Shown: positions 37,841-47,463 of the stretch, piece after piece
Layout of the letters: every line of letters begins with the position of its first letter
How positions within the stretch are numbered: position 1 is the first letter of the stretch
NCBI GenBank assembly: GCA_039591655.1
Contig: JBDHDE010000006.1
Coordinates: forward strand, 35,436-99,435
Direction: 5' to 3'
Source: Gemmatimonadota bacterium
Lineage (GTDB): Bacteria; Gemmatimonadota; Gemmatimonadetes; Gemmatimonadales; GWC2-71-9
DNA: 64,000 nt
Program-made: the position numbers and the translations under genes
Notes under the pieces: generated by a model
Database searches by the model: none
Told to the model about the DNA's origin: nothing
The model's input: only the letters and a program-made list of their open reading frames with translations

Positions 37841-40270
37841 ATGCAGCTTCACCGCCTGAGACTCCTCAACTTCCGGCAGCACGCCGATACGGAGATCGCC
37901 TTCGGTCCCGGAATTACTGGCATCATCGGTCCCAACGGCACCGGTAAGACCACACTGCTGGAAGCCATCGCCTGGGCGTTCTACGGCAATCCCGCGGCGC
38001 GGGGCAGCAAGGAGACCATCCGGTGGAACCGCGCGCCGGCACGCTCCTCGGTGCGGGTCGAGGTGGATTTCTCTCTGGGGCCGCACGAATTCCGTGTGGT
38101 GCGCGGATTGTACAACGCCGAGCTGTTTCAGGATCGCTTCGATCAGCCCACCGCCAACAGCCAGCAGGAGGTGAGTGCCAAGGTAGAGCGGCTGTTGGGG
38201 ATGACGCGCGAGGAGTTCTTCAACACGTACTTCACCGGCCAGAAGGAGCTGGCCGTCATGGCCGCCATGGGTGCGACGGAGCGGGCGCGCTTCCTGTCGC
38301 GGGTTCTGGGCTACGAGAAGCTGCGACTCACCCAGGATCGGGTTCGGGAAGCGCGGTCCGGGCTGCGGGGCGAGCTGGCGGGCCTGGAGCGGGGACTGGC
38401 GGATGCGGCCGAGCTCACGGCGGAGCGCGATCAGGCGGCGCAGCGCACCGACGAAGCAACGAAGGCGGTGGCCGGCGCCACCGCAGCGCACGCGACGGCG
38501 GGTCAGACCCTCGAGGCCGAGGGCCCGGCGTGGACCCGGATGGTGGAGGTGCGCGAGTCCGCCCTAGCCCTCGATGGCGAGCGCCGGATCGCGGAGCGCG
38601 ACGAGGCCGAGGCCCGGCGGGAGTTCGATCGGCTCGACAAGGAGTTGGCGGAGGCGCTGGGGGCTAGGGCCAAGCTGGAGGAGCTCGGTGACACGTTGCG
38701 TGACGTGGAGCCGCTGAAGCAGGAGCTCGAGCGACTGGAGCACGAGGCCAGCAGCGCTGGCCGTCGCCGCGCGCTGGCCGGGCAGCACAGTGAAGTCCGG
38801 GAGCAGGCCGAGCGCGTGCGCGAGCGCATGGAAAAGCTGGGAGATGTGGAGGGCGCGCTGGTAGGGGCGCAGTCCGCGCTGGACGAGGCGCGCAAGCGAC
38901 TGACGGAGGCCGAGGCCGAGGAGGAGAAAGCGCGCACCGCCTGGGTGCGAGACAAGCAGGACGCCGAGACCAAGACCTTGAGCCTGCGCGACCAGTACAA
39001 GGATCACCAGACGCACCGCCACAGCGTGGTGAAGGCGGGGCCGGACGGGGAGTGCCCCATCTGCAAGCGCCCGCTGGGAGACGTGTATCAGGAGATGCTC
39101 GAGACGATCGACCGCCAGCTGGAAGAGATCGAGGTGAAGGGGAAGTTCTTCCGCCAGCGAATGGAGCAGCTGGAGGCTGCCCCGGGGGAGGTGCGGGACG
39201 CCGAGCGCCTGTTCACCGAGGCGACCGAACTGGTGGAGCGAGCGGTGCAGGAGGTCGCGCGATGCGAAGACCGAGTGCAGGAGTATCGCGAAACCGAATC
39301 CGAGCGCCGGCGCCTGGTCGAGCGAGCTGCGGAGCTCGAGCGCGAGCTGGCCGCGCTGCCCGACCGGTACGATGCCGAGCGTCACGATGCGGTTCGGGAG
39401 CGCCTCCGCGAGCTCCAGCCGGCGATCGATGAGGCCGCGGTGCTGAACGTGAAAGCGGCCCACGCCGAGCAGCTCGTCGGCGAGGCCGAGGCGGCCGAGC
39501 GGACCCTGTCGGAGCGCGAGGTCGGGGTGAAGGCGCTCGAGGCAGCGATCGCGGATCTCGGCTTCAGCGAGGATGCGTACGCCGAGGCGCGTCGCCGCTA
39601 CGAGGCGGCCGAGGGCGCGCTACGCGAAGCCGAGCTTCACCTCGCTTCGGTGCAGGGGGACCTCAAAGCGGCCGAGACGGCGTTGGACGGCGCCGCGCGG
39701 CGGATTCGGGAGCGTGAGGAACGGGCACAGCGCATCGAGCAGACGCGTACGGAGCTCCAACTGCACGACGAGCTGGACCGCGCGCTGCACGATCTGCGAC
39801 TCGAGCTCAACACGGCGATGCGCCCCGAGCTGTCCGAGCGTGCTTCGGAGTTCCTGGCCAGCCTCACGGACGGGCGGTACGATGAGTTGGAGCTCGACGA
39901 GAGCTACGACCTGCTAGTCGTGGAGGGTGGTGAGGCGAAGCCCGTCATCTCGGGTGGCGAAGAGGACCTGACGCACCTCGTCCTTCGTCTGGCAATCAGT
40001 CAAATGGTGGCCGAGCGCGCGGGGCAGCCGCTTTCGCTCCTCGTGCTGGACGAGATCTTCGGCAGCCTGGACGAGCACCGCCGTCAAAATGTCGTACAGC
40101 TCCTGCGCGGTCTGGCCGACCGGTTCCCTCAGGTGGTACTGATCACGCACATTGACTCCGTGCGCGAGGGTGTCGATCGGGTATTGCGCGTGGAGTTGGA
40201 CGAGAACCGGGGGGCAGCCGTAGTGGTCGAAGACCAGACGCCGAACGTGGGCGAAGATGTGGCGGCCTGA
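37841..40270 (+). CDS. sbcC: Rad50/SbcC SMC-like ATPase
   Basis: GPNGTGKT, long coiled coil, zinc hook CPIC, ISGGE, LDEIFGSLD, ITH. Confidence 0.93.
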   Translation: MQLHRLRLLNFRQHADTEIAFGPGITGIIGPNGTGKTTLLEAIAWAFYGNPAARGSKETIRWNRAPARSSVRVEVDFSLGPHEFRVVRGLYNAELFQDRFDQPTANSQQEVSAKVERLLGMTREEFFNTYFTGQKELAVMAAMGATERARFLSRVLGYEKLRLTQDRVREARSGLRGELAGLERGLADAAELTAERDQAAQRTDEATKAVAGATAAHATAGQTLEAEGPAWTRMVEVRESALALDGERRIAERDEAEARREFDRLDKELAEALGARAKLEELGDTLRDVEPLKQELERLEHEASSAGRRRALAGQHSEVREQAERVRERMEKLGDVEGALVGAQSALDEARKRLTEAEAEEEKARTAWVRDKQDAETKTLSLRDQYKDHQTHRHSVVKAGPDGECPICKRPLGDVYQEMLETIDRQLEEIEVKGKFFRQRMEQLEAAPGEVRDAERLFTEATELVERAVQEVARCEDRVQEYRETESERRRLVERAAELERELAALPDRYDAERHDAVRERLRELQPAIDEAAVLNVKAAHAEQLVGEAEAAERTLSEREVGVKALEAAIADLGFSEDAYAEARRRYEAAEGALREAELHLASVQGDLKAAETALDGAARRIREREERAQRIEQTRTELQLHDELDRALHDLRLELNTAMRPELSERASEFLASLTDGRYDELELDESYDLLVVEGGEAKPVISGGEEDLTHLVLRLAISQMVAERAGQPLSLLVLDEIFGSLDEHRRQNVVQLLRGLADRFPQVVLITHIDSVREGVDRVLRVELDENRGAAVVVEDQTPNVGEDVAA

Positions 40271-41225
40271 GCAGCTCTTGACGGGACCCCGGGTCGCGAC
40301 CGCGGATGACATTGCGTCCCTCAACCGCGTCTTCTCCGACTCCTTCACGGACCGCTATCGGCGGGATGGCATGGTGGGTGTGCGAGTGCCGCAGCTCAAT
40401 GCCGACATCTGGCAATACGCCATCCAGGATGCCGGCGAGGGAGCCATGCTCTGGTGCGACGAGCACGAACAGGTCGTGGCCTTCAACATCGCACACCGCT
40501 CGGGTTCGGAGGGATGGATGGGACCGCTCGCGGTGCGCACCGACCGGCAGGGTCTGGGAGCCGGTCGCATCATCGTGGAGACGGCCGTCACGTGGCTCAA
40601 GGAGCGTGGCGTCGGCACGGTGGGGTTGGAGACGATGCCCCGCACCGTGGAGAACATCGGGTTCTACGGCCGACTCGGTTTCCTCCCGCGACATCTCACG
40701 GTGACCATGACGGGCGAGGCGTCGCGCCGGCGCGTTGCCGGCGCCTTCGCGAAGCTGAGTGAGTTGCCGTCCGCCGACCAGGCAGCATTGACTGGAGCGT
40801 GCCGCGAGCGGCTCGACCGCTCGGCGGCGGGATACGACTTCACACGAGAGATCGCGTTGACGGCGGAGCTGGGAATCGGCGACACCGTGGTATTGGATCA
40901 CGACGGGGAGATCAGCGGATTCGCGCTGTGGCACTCGGCACCGTTGGCTGCCGCACGCCCGGCGGAAGAGTTGCGTGTGCTCAAGCTGTTCGCGGACTCC
41001 ATCGACAACTTCACGCGACTACTCGTGGTACTCGAGTCGTGCGCAGCCGCGGCGCGCCTGCGGCGTGTCGCGATTCGATGCCAGACAGGCTATGCGTCGG
41101 CGTATGAGGCGCTGCTGGCACGCGGGTACCGGGTGCGATGGACCGATCTTCGGATGACGCTGGGAACCCACCCGGAGGCCGCAACACCAGAGGGTGAAGT
41201 CCTGTACTCTAACTGGGAGATCTAG
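40257..41225 (+). CDS. GNAT family N-acetyltransferase (probably two GNAT domains)
   Basis: AVRTDRQGLGAG, NIGFYGRLGF; overlaps the sbcC end by 14 nt. Confidence 0.85.
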   Translation: MWRPEQLLTGPRVATADDIASLNRVFSDSFTDRYRRDGMVGVRVPQLNADIWQYAIQDAGEGAMLWCDEHEQVVAFNIAHRSGSEGWMGPLAVRTDRQGLGAGRIIVETAVTWLKERGVGTVGLETMPRTVENIGFYGRLGFLPRHLTVTMTGEASRRRVAGAFAKLSELPSADQAALTGACRERLDRSAAGYDFTREIALTAELGIGDTVVLDHDGEISGFALWHSAPLAAARPAEELRVLKLFADSIDNFTRLLVVLESCAAAARLRRVAIRCQTGYASAYEALLARGYRVRWTDLRMTLGTHPEAATPEGEVLYSNWEI

Positions 41226-41231
41226 CGGCCG

Positions 41232-41378
41232 TCAGCGCTTGCCGACTATTGCCCGGGCGATGAGGATGCAGCCGATGGCGAGCGGCAGGTGTACCCAGCC
41301 GCTGGGAATGGCCAGTGCGAAGGCGAGCACCAGCCAGAGGATGAGGCAGAGGATCGCCCCCGCCACCACGATGTGCAT
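41232..41378 (-). CDS. Small two-helix membrane protein (DUF5670/lmo0937-like)
   Basis: MHIVV...LWLVL...GWVHLPLAIG; GAGG RBS. Confidence 0.65.
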   Translation of the reverse strand: MHIVVAGAILCLILWLVLAFALAIPSGWVHLPLAIGCILIARAIVGKR

Positions 41379-41405
41379 TCCGACCTCGATTCCGGCTTTT
41401 CTTTC

Positions 41406-41435
41406 TTGACGGTCCACGGGTCCCTGCCGTATTAT
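41406..41435 (+). promoter_or_regulatory. Sigma70-type promoter for the ncRNA
   Basis: TTGACG-18 bp-TATTAT. Confidence 0.7.
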
Positions 41436-41441
41436 AGGTTT

Positions 41442-41600
41442 ACATCGCGGGAGCGAAGAGCGCATTATTGAGCCAACAAGCTCGACAGCGTGCCCGCTTG
41501 CCGCGACCGATGGCAGGCCCCGAGGGGAAGCCAGGAGTCGTGGCGAGGGTGCGGATCCTGTGGGATCGGGCTTCAATAATGCTCTTCGTTCCCGCCTTTT
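41442..41600 (+). ncRNA. ssrS: 6S RNA-like structured RNA
   Basis: Long closing stem 41447-41474 / 41569-41595, with TTGAGCC/GGGCTTCAA flanking a central bubble; 3' bubble hairpin GATCC-tgtg-GGATC; inner stem; T-rich tail. Confidence 0.75.
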
Positions 41601-41769
41601 CTCGCCTTTTCGCTGAGGCGCGAAGCTGCGCCGGCAAGCCAAGGTAGCTTCCCCGGAGCCTGCCTACAATACCGTTTCCTGCTAAATTGACAGACTGTCC
41701 CCCCTTTCGGGCGGATGGTGTCGCAGGAGAGCGACATCGCGACATCAACTGGGTGAGCGGAGTACCACT

Positions 41770-42414
41770 GTGAACGAACCCGAACACGCGCGCGATGCAA
41801 AGTCGCCACGCGGCGACGCCAAGGTCATCCCTATGACGTCTTCGGTGGCCGACGCCGGACTCCCGGAGTTGGTGCGCCGAACGCTGGAGCTGCTGGGTGA
41901 GGATCCAGAGCGCGAAGGTCTCCAGCGCACGCCCGTCCGGGTCGAGTCCTCATTGCGGTGGCTGACCCGGGGCTACGGACAATCGGTGGACGAGCTGGTG
42001 CGGGGAGCCATCTTCGAGGAACGTCACGAGAGCATGATCCTGGTGCGCGACGTCGAGATCTACTCGATGTGCGAGCATCACATGCTGCCGTTCTTCGGCA
42101 AGGCTCATGTCGCCTACCTGCCGAACGGCAAGATCATCGGCCTGTCCAAGATCCCGCGGATCGTAGACGTCTTCGCGCGGCGCCTGCAGGTCCAGGAACG
42201 GCTCACGGATCAAATCGCGGATGCGATGATGCGTGTGCTGGAACCGCACGGCGTCGGCGTTGTCGTAGAAGCGTATCACCTCTGCATGATGATGCGAGGG
42301 GTGGAGAAGCAGAACTCGAAGACCGTGACGAGCGCGCTGCGAGGGAACTTCCTCGACGGCACGACGCGGGACGAGTTCCTGCGGCTCGCGCATGGGGGCC
42401 ACTGGCTCGAGTGA
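41770..42414 (+). CDS. folE: GTP cyclohydrolase I
   Basis: [36 protein letters not shown]. Confidence 0.97.
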   Translation: MNEPEHARDAKSPRGDAKVIPMTSSVADAGLPELVRRTLELLGEDPEREGLQRTPVRVESSLRWLTRGYGQSVDELVRGAIFEERHESMILVRDVEIYSMCEHHMLPFFGKAHVAYLPNGKIIGLSKIPRIVDVFARRLQVQERLTDQIADAMMRVLEPHGVGVVVEAYHLCMMMRGVEKQNSKTVTSALRGNFLDGTTRDEFLRLAHGGHWLE

Positions 42415-43109
42415 CGTCGTTGGAAGGGAAGGTCGCCGTCGTCACCGGCGCGAGCCGGGGCATCGGGCGCGTCATCGCGGATCAGCTGGAGAGCGCGGGC
42501 GCCAAGGTGGCAGGGCTCGCCCGCAGCGGGGGCGATGGAGCTGCGGGCAACCGTCTCGAGATTCGCTGCGATGTCACCAACGAGAGCGACGTCGAGCGGG
42601 CGATCGACCGGCTGACGGCGGAATTCGGCACTCCTCATATCCTGGTGAACAACGCCGGCGGATTCCTCCTCAAGCCCTTGACCGACACGACGCGGCCCGA
42701 GTTCGAAGAGCAGGTCGGCGTCAACCTGGTCGGCCCCTTCCTGGTGCTCCGAGCGCTGCTCCCCCGGCTGCCGCGGGACGGCACGGCGCACGTCGTCACC
42801 ATCGGGAGCGTCGTGGATCACCGGCCGTATCCCGGGAATGCGGCTTACGGTGCCAGCAAGTACGGAGTGCGGGGACTGCACGAGGTCCTGGTCGAGGAGT
42901 TGAAAGGGAGCGGAATACGCACCACGCTAGTCTCCCCGGGAGCCACGGACACGAAACTGTGGGATTCTCTCGATCCCGACGACCGCGAGGATCTCCCGAG
43001 TCGCAAGGACATGCTGCTGCCGAGCGATGTGGCAGACGCCGTGCTGTTCGCCGTAACCCGGCCGCCGCATGTGAACGTGGAGTGGATTCGGGTGATGCCG
43101 ACGGCCTGA
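42411..43109 (+). CDS. SDR family oxidoreductase
   Basis: [21 protein letters not shown] overlap with folE. Confidence 0.92.
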   Translation: MTSLEGKVAVVTGASRGIGRVIADQLESAGAKVAGLARSGGDGAAGNRLEIRCDVTNESDVERAIDRLTAEFGTPHILVNNAGGFLLKPLTDTTRPEFEEQVGVNLVGPFLVLRALLPRLPRDGTAHVVTIGSVVDHRPYPGNAAYGASKYGVRGLHEVLVEELKGSGIRTTLVSPGATDTKLWDSLDPDDREDLPSRKDMLLPSDVADAVLFAVTRPPHVNVEWIRVMPTA

Positions 43110-43161
43110 GTGCTGCGGCCGTGGGCAGTAGAGTCGCGCCGACTTCGATGTGAGGTGTGTG

Positions 43162-44997
43162 ATGCGGGGTCTCATTCTCTCCGGCCTTTTCCTCTCGCTG
43201 ACCGTTTCGACACTACAATCCCAGGATCCCAGAAGCCTTCCCGACGAGACTGGATGGGGGGCGCACGTGCTGGCGCTCGCCCGGGCGCCCGACGGCGCTG
43301 TCTGGGTCGGCACGTATGGACAGGGGATCTTCGTGCTGCCACCGGGCAGGAGGTCCTGGGAGCGCCACGTGGACGACGATGCCGAGGGCTCGATCTCTTG
43401 GGGTTTCGTCCACGCCTTTGCGTTCGGCTCCCGCGGTGAGATCTGGTACGGCACGCTGGGCAACGGATGGGGGCTCTCCACCGACGGCGGCCGCACGTGG
43501 AAGAACTGGACGTTCCGGATGCTGGGGCCGGAGTACCAGTACGTCGCGCCCAACGGGATCGTGACGCGGGGCGACACGGTGTACATCGCCACGGCCGACG
43601 GGGTGAAGATCTCCTGGGACATGGGTGGGACGTGGCACGAGATCACCGACTCCATCGGCACCAAGACCGCATCCAGTATGTGGGGCGTGATCGCCAACCA
43701 GTACGTGCTGTCCATCGCCGCGGCGGCCGACGGGAGCCTCTGGCTCAGCCACGTGCACGGCATCGAGCGCTCGGCGGACGGCGGCCGGACCTGGGAGCGC
43801 TATGAGCTGCCGCCGCCGTGTGAGCGTCCCGAATGCCACGATCGGGCGCGGGCGCTCCTGGTGGACGACGACGCGAACCTCTGGGTGGGGACGGAGCGGC
43901 GGCTCCTGAGGCGCGCCGAAGGAGACGGGCGGTTCGTAGCGCTGCCCGATCCGGTCACCGGTGCCGAGCGCGACGCCGCGGTACAGCGACTGGTGGAGGT
44001 TGGTCCCGGTGTCGTTGGCGTGGCGAGCATCCGGGGCTTCGCACTGGCTGATAACGCGGTGCTGTATGACTGGGGGCTCCAGCGCAGCCAGTTCGCGACC
44101 TCCGTCGCGTCCCGGGACGACAGCACGGTCTTCGTCGGTACGATGGACGGTTTCGGCGTCTCGGCTTTGACGACCGGCTTGAACGTGCAGACGGTGATGG
44201 TAGGCGAGCAGGCCGAGGCACCACGGGCGCCTCGGCACACCTGGTTCCAGCGCCCCGTCGCGCTCAGCGACCAACCGTACATCGACCAGACGTACCGCTA
44301 TGGGTCCACCATGGGCGGCAACTTCCAGCAGCACCAGGGGGTGGAGTTCAATGCCGGCGCCGGTACGCCGGTGCACGCCATCGGTGACGGGGTGGTAGCG
44401 CACGCCGCGGAAGCGGAAGCCGGCTCCAACACGGTGGTCATCCGCCACGACCGGACGCTGGAAGTGGATGGGCGGGAGTACTTCCTGTATTCGACCTACT
44501 ATCACAACACGGCGATCCTGGTCGAGGCCGGGGAGTGGGTGCGGGCCGGCGACCCGATCAGCCTGGTGGGTAACACCGGCCGGGCGACAAACGACCACCT
44601 CCACCTGGAGGTGCACGCCACACCGGTGGACTCGCTACGGGTCGTGATGGATCCCGAGGAGCGCTACCCGCCCTACACGACCAACCCGGAGCTCTGGATG
44701 CAGCCGCTCCCGGGTACCGGGACCGTGGCGGGCCGCGTTGTAAACGCGGCCGGCGAGTCGGTGCGCCAGGCACGCATCTACGGTCTCGTCAAGGGTGAGC
44801 CCCAGGAGACACCGTTCTCTTTCGTCGAGACGTATGGCGACCGGACGCGGGGGACGCCGGCCTACGGTGAGCACTTCGCCATCGGAGACGTCCCGCCGGG
44901 CGTCTACGTACTAGGTGTGGACGTCGACGGGCAGCGCGTGCAACGATGGATCACGGTGGAGGCGGGCAAGCTGACCTGGGTGGTGTTCGAGCCCTGA
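43162..44997 (+). CDS. Secreted beta-propeller (BNR/Asp-box) + M23 peptidase + C-terminal beta-sandwich protein
   Basis: Signal peptide; STDGGRTW-type repeats; HQGVE...HLHLE. Confidence 0.85.
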   Translation: MRGLILSGLFLSLTVSTLQSQDPRSLPDETGWGAHVLALARAPDGAVWVGTYGQGIFVLPPGRRSWERHVDDDAEGSISWGFVHAFAFGSRGEIWYGTLGNGWGLSTDGGRTWKNWTFRMLGPEYQYVAPNGIVTRGDTVYIATADGVKISWDMGGTWHEITDSIGTKTASSMWGVIANQYVLSIAAAADGSLWLSHVHGIERSADGGRTWERYELPPPCERPECHDRARALLVDDDANLWVGTERRLLRRAEGDGRFVALPDPVTGAERDAAVQRLVEVGPGVVGVASIRGFALADNAVLYDWGLQRSQFATSVASRDDSTVFVGTMDGFGVSALTTGLNVQTVMVGEQAEAPRAPRHTWFQRPVALSDQPYIDQTYRYGSTMGGNFQQHQGVEFNAGAGTPVHAIGDGVVAHAAEAEAGSNTVVIRHDRTLEVDGREYFLYSTYYHNTAILVEAGEWVRAGDPISLVGNTGRATNDHLHLEVHATPVDSLRVVMDPEERYPPYTTNPELWMQPLPGTGTVAGRVVNAAGESVRQARIYGLVKGEPQETPFSFVETYGDRTRGTPAYGEHFAIGDVPPGVYVLGVDVDGQRVQRWITVEAGKLTWVVFEP

Positions 44998-45605
44998 TGT
45001 TCATCGAGCTCACTGAGTTCCTCTCCTGTCCCGAGGACCACGAGCAGCAGAGTTACCTGGTGCTGGCGCCGGACGAGACCGAGGGCCGTCGCGTCGTGCG
45101 CGGATCACTGGGGTGCCCCCTGTGCAGCCGGGAGTACGCCATTGCGGACGGCGTCGCGCAGTTTGGGTCGGCCGAGGAGTGGGGTGACGGACCCTCGGCG
45201 GCGGCGGATGACGCCCCCCTCCCCTCGTCCGACCGGGTGCACGCGGTTCTCGGGATTGCCGGACCGGGGGGCTATGTGGTGCTGGTGGGGACGGCAGCGC
45301 GCCTCGCTCCGGGGCTCGCGGATCTCATGGACGGTGTCCACTTCGTCGGCGTGAATGCACCGCCCGAAGTGCGACCCGGTGCGACGCTCTCCTTGGTAAG
45401 TCACGCGCGCGTGATTCCGCTGAAGTCGGCCATGGCGCGGGGCGTCGTAGTGGGAAGTGAGCACGTGCGCGAGCCCTGGCTTGCCGAATCGGCCCGGCTC
45501 GTGCTCCGGGGACTCCGGCTCGTGGCGCTCGCCGAGGTCGTCGCGGTGCCGGGCGTCGAACAGCTGGCTAGCGGCGATGGAATGTGGGTGGGGGAGAGAC
45601 GATAG
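44997..45605 (+). CDS. Hypothetical protein with Trm112-like N-terminus
   Basis: FLSCPEDH...LGCPLCSREYAIADGV; TGATG overlap. Confidence 0.7.
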   Translation: MFIELTEFLSCPEDHEQQSYLVLAPDETEGRRVVRGSLGCPLCSREYAIADGVAQFGSAEEWGDGPSAAADDAPLPSSDRVHAVLGIAGPGGYVVLVGTAARLAPGLADLMDGVHFVGVNAPPEVRPGATLSLVSHARVIPLKSAMARGVVVGSEHVREPWLAESARLVLRGLRLVALAEVVAVPGVEQLASGDGMWVGERR

Positions 45606-45624
45606 TCCCACCCCGAGCGCCCAG

Positions 45625-47424
45625 CTATTCTGCGTACAACGCTTCGATCTTGTCCTGGTACTTCTCCTCGACGACGCGACGCTTGACCTTGAGCGTCGGC
45701 GTGAGCTCGCCCCGCTCGATCGTGAAGTCCTCCTCGATGAGAGCGATCTTCTTGGGCATCTCGAAGCTCGCCAGGTCACGCAGGCTTCCCATCACCTCGC
45801 GCTCGACCTTGGCCACCACGTCGGGCGCCCGGAGGAACGAAGCCGCATCCTCGGTTGCGAGGTTGCGCTCCTCGGCCCATTTGCGCAGGGCGTCAATGTC
45901 CGGTACCACCAGCAGGGAGGGGTACTTGCGCTTGTCGCCCACCATGACCGCGTTCAGCACGAACTGATTCGTCTTGATCATGTTCTCGATGGGTTGCGGC
46001 GCCACCTTCTTGCCACCGGCGGTCACGATGAGGTCCTTCTTGCGATCGGTGATCTTGAGGTAGCCGTCGGAGTCGAGCTCCCCGATGTCCCCCGTGTGGA
46101 ACCACCCGTCCTCGTCGATCGCCTCCCGCGTCGCCTCCGGCTTGTTGTAATACCCGCGCATGATGTTCGGTCCACGGGCGAGGATCTCGCCGTCGGGCGC
46201 GATCTTGGCTTCCACCCCTGGGACCACCACACCCACCGCGCCGATCCTGAGGCGGTCCAGAGGGTTGACGGCGATCACGGGTGAAGTCTCGGTGAGGCCG
46301 TAACCCTCGACGATGGTGAGGCCCGCCGCGTAGAAGAACTTCGCGATCTCGGGGTTAAGAGGGGCACCGCCCGATACGAAGAAGCGGACACGCCCACCGG
46401 TGCGGGCGCGGAGTTTGGAGAACACCAGCTTGTCAGCCAGCTTCTTCTTGAGCTCGAGTGTCCTGGGGATCGGCTTGTCGGCGAGCCGGAGGTCGGCCCA
46501 CTGCTCAGCGTTGCGCCGCGCCCAGAAGAAGATGCGGCGCTTGACGGCCCCGCCGGCCATCGCGTTCTCGAGGACGCGTGCGTAGATCTTCTCGAACAGC
46601 CGCGGCACCGAGAGAACGACCGTCGGCTTCACCTCCTGGAGGTTGACCGGGACCTGCTCGACGCTCTCGGCATAGTTGATCGTCGTGCCGCAGTGGAACA
46701 TCACGTAGTGCCCCGCCATTCGCTCGAAGCTGTGGGACAGCGGGAGCAGGGAGAGGCAGGAGTCGTCCGGTCCGATGGTCAGCACCTTGAGGGCGGCTAC
46801 CACGTTGGAGCAGAAATTGTCGTGGGTGAGCATCACGCCCTTGGGCGGACCGGTCGTGCCCGACGTGTAGATCAAGGTGGCGAGGTCGTCGCCCTTCACT
46901 GCCAGGGCGTCCTCGCGGTAACTCGGGTATCTGGACTCGGCGGCCGCGCCTCGCTGCAGCAGCTCCTGGAAGCTGACCAGGCCGGGACCGGCCATGCCGT
47001 CCTCCACGTCGAATACGATGACATGCTTGACGTTGGGTGCTTCGCTCCGGACGGCTGCCACCTTCTCGTACTGCATACTGTTCTCGACGAATACGGCCCG
47101 AGCGCCCGAATCATGGAGCAGGTACGCCACCTGCTGCGCGGGGAGAGTGGGGTAGATGGGGACGTCGGCGCACCGTGCCGTGAGGCAGGCGTAGTCGGCG
47201 ATGGCCCACTCAGGGCGGTTCTCCGACAGGATGGCGACGTGGGAACCGGGCTCGACTCCGAGCTCCAGTAGCCCGAGAGCGGCGTGCTTGACGCGCCGCG
47301 TCAGCTCCTGGTGGGTCATGCCCTTCCAGGTGTCGCCTTCCTTGTACCGCAGCGCGGCGCTCTTGGAGCTGAAGCGGTCGACGGCATCGAAATAGAGTTG
47401 GCAGAGCGTCTCAGGGGTGTTCAC
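45625..47424 (-). CDS. Long-chain fatty acid-CoA ligase (AMP-binding)
   Basis: YTSGTTGPPKG, GYGLTET, TGDIG, DRKKD, TPTLK. Confidence 0.95.
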   Translation of the reverse strand: MNTPETLCQLYFDAVDRFSSKSAALRYKEGDTWKGMTHQELTRRVKHAALGLLELGVEPGSHVAILSENRPEWAIADYACLTARCADVPIYPTLPAQQVAYLLHDSGARAVFVENSMQYEKVAAVRSEAPNVKHVIVFDVEDGMAGPGLVSFQELLQRGAAAESRYPSYREDALAVKGDDLATLIYTSGTTGPPKGVMLTHDNFCSNVVAALKVLTIGPDDSCLSLLPLSHSFERMAGHYVMFHCGTTINYAESVEQVPVNLQEVKPTVVLSVPRLFEKIYARVLENAMAGGAVKRRIFFWARRNAEQWADLRLADKPIPRTLELKKKLADKLVFSKLRARTGGRVRFFVSGGAPLNPEIAKFFYAAGLTIVEGYGLTETSPVIAVNPLDRLRIGAVGVVVPGVEAKIAPDGEILARGPNIMRGYYNKPEATREAIDEDGWFHTGDIGELDSDGYLKITDRKKDLIVTAGGKKVAPQPIENMIKTNQFVLNAVMVGDKRKYPSLLVVPDIDALRKWAEERNLATEDAASFLRAPDVVAKVEREVMGSLRDLASFEMPKKIALIEEDFTIERGELTPTLKVKRRVVEEKYQDKIEALYAE

Positions 47425-47463
47425 GGCATCACCTCCGACTCCCGAATGGTCTCACCACGCCAC

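Noticed and set aside
36647..37843. Paralog 2, sbcD and sbcC lie in one frame separated by TAG codons (possible amber read-through fusion)
   Set aside because: sbcC has a good GAGGAG RBS and canonical start, each protein has a normal N-terminus, and TAG ends many other genes here, so there is no evidence for recoding.
41505..41545. CAGG...GGAAGC resembling SRP RNA, and AAGCCAGGAG resembling a cobalamin riboswitch 3' end
   Set aside because: Lacks the SRP GNRA loop/GCAGC context and the B12-box core; the overall fold fits 6S better.
41447..41595. Long terminal inverted repeats as a retron msr-msd
   Set aside because: No reverse transcriptase in the window.
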